From Hormoscilla sp. (GTDB taxonomy: Bacteria > Cyanobacteriota > Cyanobacteriia > Cyanobacteriales > Desertifilaceae), in assembly GCA_051439505.1 (NCBI GenBank), contig JBFRWI010000119.1:1-36016 (forward strand): a stretch of DNA of 36,016 bases. Reading direction: 5' to 3'. Shown piece by piece: positions 30,214 to 36,016 of the stretch. Each line of letters begins with the position of its first letter. The stretch's first letter is position 1. Both the position numbers and the translations under genes were made by a program. A model generated the notes under the pieces. The model was given only the letters and a program-made list of their open reading frames with translations, searched no databases and was not told the origin of the DNA.

Positions 30214-31824
30214 ATGACAGATTTACTTGTCAGCAGCTTTGGAAGTGACGAGGTGCTGCGCTACGACGCAACAACAGGCTTTTTTATCGATGCATTCGTC
30301 CCTGCTGGTAGTGGCGGACTGGATAATCCTACTGGCATGACTTTCGGACCCGATGGCAACCTCTATATCAGCAGTTGGAACACTGACCAAGTGCTGCGCT
30401 ACGACGGGACAACGGGAGCATTTATCGATATCTTCGCGGACGGGAACGGTTTAGATAATCCGTGGGGCATAACTTTCGGACCAGATAACAACTTATACGT
30501 CAACAGCTTTAACAGTAACAGTGTGCTGCGTTACGACGGGATAACAGGAGCATTTATTGATGTTTTCGCTACTGGTGGAGAGCTAGATGTTCCCAGTGGT
30601 GGCTTAATCTTCGGACCCGATAGCAACCTCTATGTCAGCAGCAGGTTTAGTGACCAAGTGCTGCGCTACAACGGCACAACGGGAGCATTTCTTGATGTTT
30701 TCGCTGCTGGTGGAGGACTTCAGCCTGATGGCTTGACTTTCGGTCCTGATGGCAACCTCTATGTCAGCAGCCGCGCCAATGGCTCGGTGCTGCGCTACGA
30801 CACGACAACGGGAGCATTTATTGACGCATTTTCTCCAGCGAGTAATGGACTGTCGAATGAGTCTAGTGGCATAACTTTCGGACCCGATGGTAATCTCTAC
30901 ATCAACAGCGTGAACACTGACGATGTGCGGCGCTACGACCCAACAACAGGAGTTATTGATATCTTCGCTACGGGCGGAGGGCTGGATTTTCCGATCGGCT
31001 TAGTCTTCACAGATGATTCACCACCACCTACCCTTGAGCAGATAGTCACTCCTTCCTCTCAAACAGTTGCAGCAAAACCAGGCACGAGGGTCAGCTTTGA
31101 TGTAAATTACTCCACAGATCCTGGCAACACCCCCACTTCAGCATTAGGGTTGCGCATACACTATGACTCCACCCAAATATCCTTTACTAACCTCACCAAT
31201 AGCTTAAGCGCAGGCGAACAACCCACGCAAGTGCCACAGCTAGATATAGAAGATTTCGATGGCGATCCCGATACAGACTTTTATATACTCAAAGTTTGGA
31301 CTGACGCTGAGGGAAACTGGCCGGATGCAAATCCAACTCTTCCAGAACGCCTGTTCACCGCCAACTTTATCGCTCAAGCAGATTTTTCCGAGACGACAGT
31401 CAATTTTACAGCCCCACCCACAGCAGCGTTAGCTAGCTTTGATTCCACCTCAGTGGAAATAGTTGAGTCCCAGCTTAATCTAGACATCGACGGCAATGGC
31501 TCAACAGATGCCTTAACTGACGGTCTTTTAGCTCTGCGTTATCTATTTAGCTTTGGAGGTAATACTCTCATTGATGGCGTGATTGGCCCAGGGGCGACCC
31601 GGGAAACAGTCTCAGAGATTACCAACTACCTGGATGAGGCCCGGGATATCATGCTGGATGTGGATGGTAATGGCATGGCAGACGCCCTGACAGATGGGAT
31701 ATTGATAGCCCGTTATCTATTCGGGTTTACAGGGGAAACTTTGATTAGCGACGCAGTTGGTGCAAATGCTACCCGTTTCACTGCCAGTCAAATTGAAGCT
31801 CATCTGGGTGCCTTCGACCTCTAG
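30214..31824 (+). CDS. Six-bladed NHL/Vgb-like beta-propeller with cohesin-like domain and duplicated dockerin-like Ca-binding repeats
   Basis: Six ~42-aa V(L/R)RY(D/N)..TG repeats, five with [19 protein letters not shown] beta-sandwich; two LD(I/V)DGNG..DALTDG.L..RYLF repeats. Confidence 0.8.
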   Translation: MTDLLVSSFGSDEVLRYDATTGFFIDAFVPAGSGGLDNPTGMTFGPDGNLYISSWNTDQVLRYDGTTGAFIDIFADGNGLDNPWGITFGPDNNLYVNSFNSNSVLRYDGITGAFIDVFATGGELDVPSGGLIFGPDSNLYVSSRFSDQVLRYNGTTGAFLDVFAAGGGLQPDGLTFGPDGNLYVSSRANGSVLRYDTTTGAFIDAFSPASNGLSNESSGITFGPDGNLYINSVNTDDVRRYDPTTGVIDIFATGGGLDFPIGLVFTDDSPPPTLEQIVTPSSQTVAAKPGTRVSFDVNYSTDPGNTPTSALGLRIHYDSTQISFTNLTNSLSAGEQPTQVPQLDIEDFDGDPDTDFYILKVWTDAEGNWPDANPTLPERLFTANFIAQADFSETTVNFTAPPTAALASFDSTSVEIVESQLNLDIDGNGSTDALTDGLLALRYLFSFGGNTLIDGVIGPGATRETVSEITNYLDEARDIMLDVDGNGMADALTDGILIARYLFGFTGETLISDAVGANATRFTASQIEAHLGAFDL

Positions 31825-31899
31825 TAATGTGGGTGCATCTTCCTGGTGGAGAAGATTGGAAATTTAGTCGGTGAAATTGAACGGCATGGCGATCGCCCC

Positions 31900-31930
31900 C
31901 CATTCCCGCTTTGGGAAGAGGCGATCGGGC
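31900..31930 (+). repeat. 31-bp direct repeat, left copy
   Basis: ccattcccgctttgggaagaggcgatcgggc, one mismatch to 32731-32761. Confidence 0.85.
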
Positions 31931-31940
31931 CCCATCATCC

Positions 31941-32270
31941 CTAATTTCCCAACTGAACTATACTTTCAATATCTTCGCCAACCCGATGATTATCGAGGAT
32001 TTCTTCGATGGTTTCCAGATGTCCTAAAATATGAGGAATAGAACCATATTGAAACCAGTCAAATATTTCTGACAGCTCCTCTAACTTAGCATCCTGACTA
32101 GCACAATTTATCAGGCGGTTAACACATTTTGTCATATCTAAGCTAATTTCTTCCAGATTAAACAGTAGTCGCTCTACTTGATCTTTTCCTAGCTGAGCTT
32201 CTAGTTTATCTCGATTTTGCTTCAACATCTCAATCCCCGATCGCCAAGAGTCGGCTTTCTCCATCATCAT
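31941..32270 (-). CDS. Small acidic hypothetical protein (candidate immunity/antitoxin)
   Basis: SD AAGGAGGG directly upstream; 16 nt after the upstream gene. Confidence 0.65.
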   Translation of the reverse strand: MMMEKADSWRSGIEMLKQNRDKLEAQLGKDQVERLLFNLEEISLDMTKCVNRLINCASQDAKLEELSEIFDWFQYGSIPHILGHLETIEEILDNHRVGEDIESIVQLGN

Positions 32271-32286
32271 CCCTCCTTAATCAATT

Positions 32287-32622
32287 TTACTTAAACAAAG
32301 TTGGTATAGACTCTTCCATTATCTCAGATGCTTTCTCTAAAGCTTCTATAACGGCATCTACATCTTCTGAATGGTCTTCCATGATTCTGCGTAGTTGCGC
32401 TTCTGAAAGACTTTCTTTTTTAATTTGCATAGCAAAGTTTTTAATTTTCTTCCACCAGTGGGAAAGATCCAGATCGCGATTATCTTGATGATCGGGGGGT
32501 TCTCCGGCAACCGTCTCTCCCAATAGTCTCGCCAGATGTACGGTCATTTCTTCAAAAAGGGCTTTAACTTTTTTCTTGACCCGCTGAGCAAGCTTGAATA
32601 CAGCGATCGCAAGGCCGAGCAT
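32287..32622 (-). CDS. Small hypothetical protein (candidate toxin-domain-like)
   Basis: HLARLLG...PPDH...HWWKKIKNF block; frame open for 34 further codons upstream without an ATG. Confidence 0.6.
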   Translation of the reverse strand: MLGLAIAVFKLAQRVKKKVKALFEEMTVHLARLLGETVAGEPPDHQDNRDLDLSHWWKKIKNFAMQIKKESLSEAQLRRIMEDHSEDVDAVIEALEKASEIMEESIPTLFK

Positions 32623-32730
32623 ATTATAGCCAACCTGCCAGTGAACCGGAATCTCTAATGTGAATCTGCTAATTATGTTGGTGTTTTGTTTCTCCCTAAT
32701 TATAGCATAGCATATAGAGGCGAACTACCG

Positions 32731-32761
32731 CCATTCCCGCTTTGGGAAGATGCGATCGGGC
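32731..32761 (+). repeat. 31-bp direct repeat, right copy
   Basis: ccattcccgctttgggaagatgcgatcgggc. Confidence 0.85.
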
Positions 32762-32872
32762 GGGTGTATTTTAGCTCTGCACAAGCTCCCGCATTCGGAT
32801 ATTAAATCTGTCGTTTTATGTCATCATTGGTCCCCCGATCTACACTTGCGATCTCTTCTGGCCCCTCTCTAG

Positions 32873-33047
32873 GGGTGTGGTCAAAAACAGTTGGTACGGA
32901 AAGAGCCTCGCGAGGTGCAGGGCGAAGCATTCGGAGAGTCTATTTGTGAAATTATGTCATAATTTGCACAAGAATGCCGGTCGCCCCTACAGTGGTATCC
33001 GACAGATGAAAGGGCCCATAAACGATCAACGGGTTTTGACCACACCC
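32873..33047. mobile_element. MITE with GGGTGTGGTCAAAA ends and a 9-bp target-site duplication
   Basis: CCTCTCTAG at 32864-32872 and 33048-33056; carries a REP-like palindrome at 32917-32991. Confidence 0.8.
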
Positions 33048-33209
33048 CCTCTCTAGGCGCGAAGCGCCAGGGAAGCACGCTTCGTGCTTACTGCGAACCG
33101 CATAACCGGTACTAGCAAAGAATAACACCGGTGTTAACTGAGGAATTTTCGGTGTGAAATGGTTTAACTCCTATTGCCTATTCTCCCAATCTGTGTTAAC
33201 GTAACCTAA

Positions 33210-33335
33210 TGTCGTCGGTTCTGATGGGGAACAGCCATCAGAGGTAACGGGGAAAGTTCGGTGCAAGTCCGGCGCTGTCCCGCAGCTGTGAGCAGACCAG
33301 TCAGTCTGTAAGTCAGAAGGCCCGCCGACGCAATG
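33210..33335 (+). promoter_or_regulatory. Cobalamin riboswitch
   Basis: ggttctgatgg..ccatcaga.gtaacggggaaagttcggtgcaagtccggcgctgtcccgcagctgt...aagtcagaa.gcccgccga (B12 box); upstream of hupE, DUF1636 and cobW. Confidence 0.92.
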
Positions 33336-33708
33336 CCAAGTAAATTAAGCATCTGCGAGGTACGGATGATGAGCATAAGTGAATTTCTATTGGTCCAACT
33401 CAGGCGGCGGCCCCTGGGCATATTTCTCTGCAAGTACCGATGCTAGGGACGCCAGACCACTTTACCCAGACTTAATAGAGAGATGACGCCAGATGGGGGT
33501 GCAACTGCATCCTTTGCGGTCTGCCATGGAGTCAGTTGGACTTTTCGGCCAGGACGGTCCCACCATTTCTGCTAGTTGGGGTCCAGTCTGCTGTCTCTGC
33601 CAAACTGCTAGCAAGACAAACCAGTCCTAAATTGTAAGGTCCCTTACAGTTTACTTTCTGCTTGGGTGAATTCTGCCAATTATCGGCTTGGAAAACATAT
33701 ACCCTAAA

Positions 33709-33944
33709 ATGTCAATGCCCAAAATCAAGATTTCTGCCCGATCGCCCTAGTCGCCCTAGTATCGGTCATGGGACTGGTGCTGTTCGCGCAACCCGCGATC
33801 GCCCACCATGCTTTTGACGGCCAAACACCCACCAATTTTTTTGAAGGGTTTCTCTCGGGACTGGCCCACCCGGTCATCGGTTTGGACCATTTTGCCTTCG
33901 GGTTTCTGGGCTCCCGCACAGTAACAACCAATCAGTTAGGATAA
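33709..33944 (+). pseudogene. hupE: Truncated HupE/UreJ-family (Co/Ni transporter) gene
   Basis: PAIAHHAFDGQTPTNFFEGFLSGLAHPVIGLDHFAF, then a stop 14 codons later; upstream ATGs at 33709 and 33715 are out of frame. Confidence 0.8.
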
Positions 33945-33955
33945 TCTCAAGTAAC

Positions 33956-34330
33956 ATGTCAAAACACGCCATATTCGTTTGCACGACCTGTGCTACAGTT
34001 TGGAAAGACGGAAAACCCCAAGGAATTAGTGGTGGACAGCAGTTCCTCGAACAACTGCAAACAATGCACTCGGACTGGGAATTACGAGATAAATTTCCCA
34101 TTCAGGAAGTAAAATGTATGAGTGCTTGCAGTCATCATTGTGCAGTTTCCTTTGCCGCTGCTGACAAATACACTTATGTATTCGGAGATTTACAAATATT
34201 GCCGGAAACTGCTGCGGCAGTGCTAGCTTGTGCCAGTCAATATTATGCTAAACCCGATGGGATGTTACCGTGGTCAGAACGACCGCAACCCATGAAAAAG
34301 GGGGTAGTCGCAAGAATTCCGCCCCTGTAG
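33956..34330 (+). CDS. DUF1636-family Cys-rich putative metal-binding protein
   Basis: FVCTTC, VKCMSACSHHCAV, KYTYVFGDL, DG.LPW.ERP and ARIPP motifs. Confidence 0.85.
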   Translation: MSKHAIFVCTTCATVWKDGKPQGISGGQQFLEQLQTMHSDWELRDKFPIQEVKCMSACSHHCAVSFAAADKYTYVFGDLQILPETAAAVLACASQYYAKPDGMLPWSERPQPMKKGVVARIPPL

Positions 34331-34441
34331 CGATCGCGGCTGAGGGGGTCCGGATGGTGAAACCGCCCATCCAAGGAGATCGGCAAAAAATTGGGACAAG
34401 CGATCGGTTAAAATAGGCTAAGGAATCGGGTAGAGGTCAAG

Positions 34442-35080
34442 ATGGTACAAACACAGACTAAACCGGAAACGGAAACCGTATTACTAGAGTTCCCCAAAAC
34501 CCTCAAGCTCTATGTTACCCAAGAACAGTTTGCTGCCCTAGCCGCCAGCAATCGAGAGTTGCGACTAGAAAGAACCGCAGGAGGAGAGTTAATTGTGAAT
34601 CCACCGACAGGTTGGGAAACTGGAGAACGCAATAGCAGTATTTGTGGAGAGTTGTATCTCTGGTGGCGCAATGCAGGGGAACGAGGGAAAACCTTTGACT
34701 CATCGACTGGATTTATTTTACCCAATGGTGCAACTCGTTCTCCCGATGCTTCTTGGGTAAGTCAAGAACGTTGGGATGCCCTGAACCCGGAAAAAAAGGA
34801 TACTTTTGCAAATATTTGTCCAGATTTTGTGGTGGAATTGCGATCGGCTTCGGATACCCTGAAGTCCCTGCAAGAAAAAATGCAGGAGTATATGGACAAT
34901 GGCGCTGTTTTAGGGTGGTTAATCGATCCGCAAAATAGAAAAGTGGAAGTTTATCGGCTAGGATCGGAAGTGGAGGTATTGTCAAATCCGGCAGAGTTAT
35001 CGGGTGAGGCAGTATTACCGGGTTTTCGCTTAAATTTGCGTCGGGTGTGGGGTGGAAACGCGACAGAAAAAGTCCCTTAA
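34442..35080 (+). CDS. Uma2-family endonuclease
   Basis: LERTA.GELIV.PPTG, FDSSTGF.LPNGA.RSPDASW, CPDFVVELRS and GWLIDP motifs. Confidence 0.92.
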   Translation: MVQTQTKPETETVLLEFPKTLKLYVTQEQFAALAASNRELRLERTAGGELIVNPPTGWETGERNSSICGELYLWWRNAGERGKTFDSSTGFILPNGATRSPDASWVSQERWDALNPEKKDTFANICPDFVVELRSASDTLKSLQEKMQEYMDNGAVLGWLIDPQNRKVEVYRLGSEVEVLSNPAELSGEAVLPGFRLNLRRVWGGNATEKVP

Positions 35081-35110
35081 TGGTTACTCAATCAAGAAAG
35101 AAGAAAAAAT

Positions 35111-36016
35111 ATGGCAGCTAAAATACCCGTTACTGTGATTACAGGATTTCTCGGTGCAGGCAAAACGACTACCATTCGTCACCTGCTGCAAAATAATCAA
35201 GGACGCCGCATTGCTGTAGTTGTCAATGAATTTGGCGAAGTTGGAATTGATGGAGAACTGCTGCGTGACTGTCAGGTATGCGACGATGCAGAAAGCCCTA
35301 ACATTGTCGAATTGACAAATGGATGCTTGTGCTGTACGGTGCAGGAAGAGTTCTTCCCCATGATGCAAGAATTGCTCCAGCGTCGCGATAAAATAGATTG
35401 TATGCTGATCGAAACATCAGGGCTAGCATTGCCGAAACCTTTAGTGCAAGCTTTCCGCTGGCCGGAAATCAAAAATGGTGCTACGGTGGATGGTGTGGTA
35501 ACAGTGGTAGACTGTGAAGCAGTAGCTACAGGCACTCTGGCTAGCGATCTTGATGCCCTCAACGATCAACGCCAAGCAGACCCGAATTTAGAACATGAAA
35601 CTCCCATAGAGGAACTGTTTGAAGACCAACTGGCTTGTGCGGATATGGTACTGTTAACTAAGGTAGACTTGGTAGATGCTGAAACTCGCAGTAAAGTCGA
35701 AGCATGGTTGCGACAAGAGTTGCCACCGACTGTGAAAATTGTTCCTTGTAAAAGTGGGGAAATTAGCCCTGACCTGCTATTGGGATTTAATGCCGCAGTG
35801 GAGGATAACCTGGACTCTCGTCCCAGTCACCACGATACGGAAGAAGAACACGACCACGATGATGAAATAAATTCGGTGAATGTGATCTGCGATCGCCCCT
35901 TCGACCCGAAAGCCCTGATAGCCAAATTACGACAGCTAGTCGGACAGCAGGAGATCTATCGGATCAAAGGTTTTGTGGATGTTCCCAATAAACCCATGCG
36001 CATGGTGCTGCAAGGA
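35111..36016 (+). CDS. cobW: Cobalamin biosynthesis GTPase/metallochaperone CobW (runs off the window end)
   Basis: ATG 35111: KIPVTVITGFLGAGKTT, NEFGEVGIDG, GCLCCT, IETSGLA, His-rich HHDTEEEHDHDD, YRIKG; missing from the ORF track because it has no stop in the window. Confidence 0.93.
   Translation, partial: MAAKIPVTVITGFLGAGKTTTIRHLLQNNQGRRIAVVVNEFGEVGIDGELLRDCQVCDDAESPNIVELTNGCLCCTVQEEFFPMMQELLQRRDKIDCMLIETSGLALPKPLVQAFRWPEIKNGATVDGVVTVVDCEAVATGTLASDLDALNDQRQADPNLEHETPIEELFEDQLACADMVLLTKVDLVDAETRSKVEAWLRQELPPTVKIVPCKSGEISPDLLLGFNAAVEDNLDSRPSHHDTEEEHDHDDEINSVNVICDRPFDPKALIAKLRQLVGQQEIYRIKGFVDVPNKPMRMVLQG

Noticed and set aside
33206..33433. 75-aa minus-strand ORF
   Set aside because: Antisense to the cobalamin riboswitch
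33633..33648. NtcA site TGTA-N8-TACA
   Set aside because: It is the core of a longer perfect hairpin and has no -10 box about 22 nt downstream; better explained as RNA structure

Overview
Cyanobacterial chromosomal window. Abundant HIP1 GCGATCGC sites, a CpcD-fused FNR, prk, STRR heptamer arrays and REP/SDR-type repeats point to a filamentous, Oscillatoriales-like genome (inference). Core genes: petH, prk, acs, speY (DHS-like homospermidine synthase), a macrodomain deacetylase, cobO, sbcC and fur. There is also a two-component cluster around a 1.8k-aa Ser/Thr kinase-AAA-GAF-His kinase, and a cobalamin-riboswitch region (hupE remnant, DUF1636, Uma2, cobW). Accessory genes (NERD fusion, tandem DUF433, Rpn, a propeller-cohesin-dockerin-like protein, a repeat-flanked two-gene cassette), at least four gene remnants and many miniature repeats or MITEs are interspersed. 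The best candidate for an undescribed system is a highly structured leader upstream of speY. It encodes an unannotated Arg/Lys-rich 25-aa uORF (MKLKRKRRCDPGLSWTDRCEAPSTI) whose stop codon lies inside a nested stem-loop, suggesting an arginine- or polyamine-sensing leader peptide. All family assignments are from motif recognition by eye; no searches were run.
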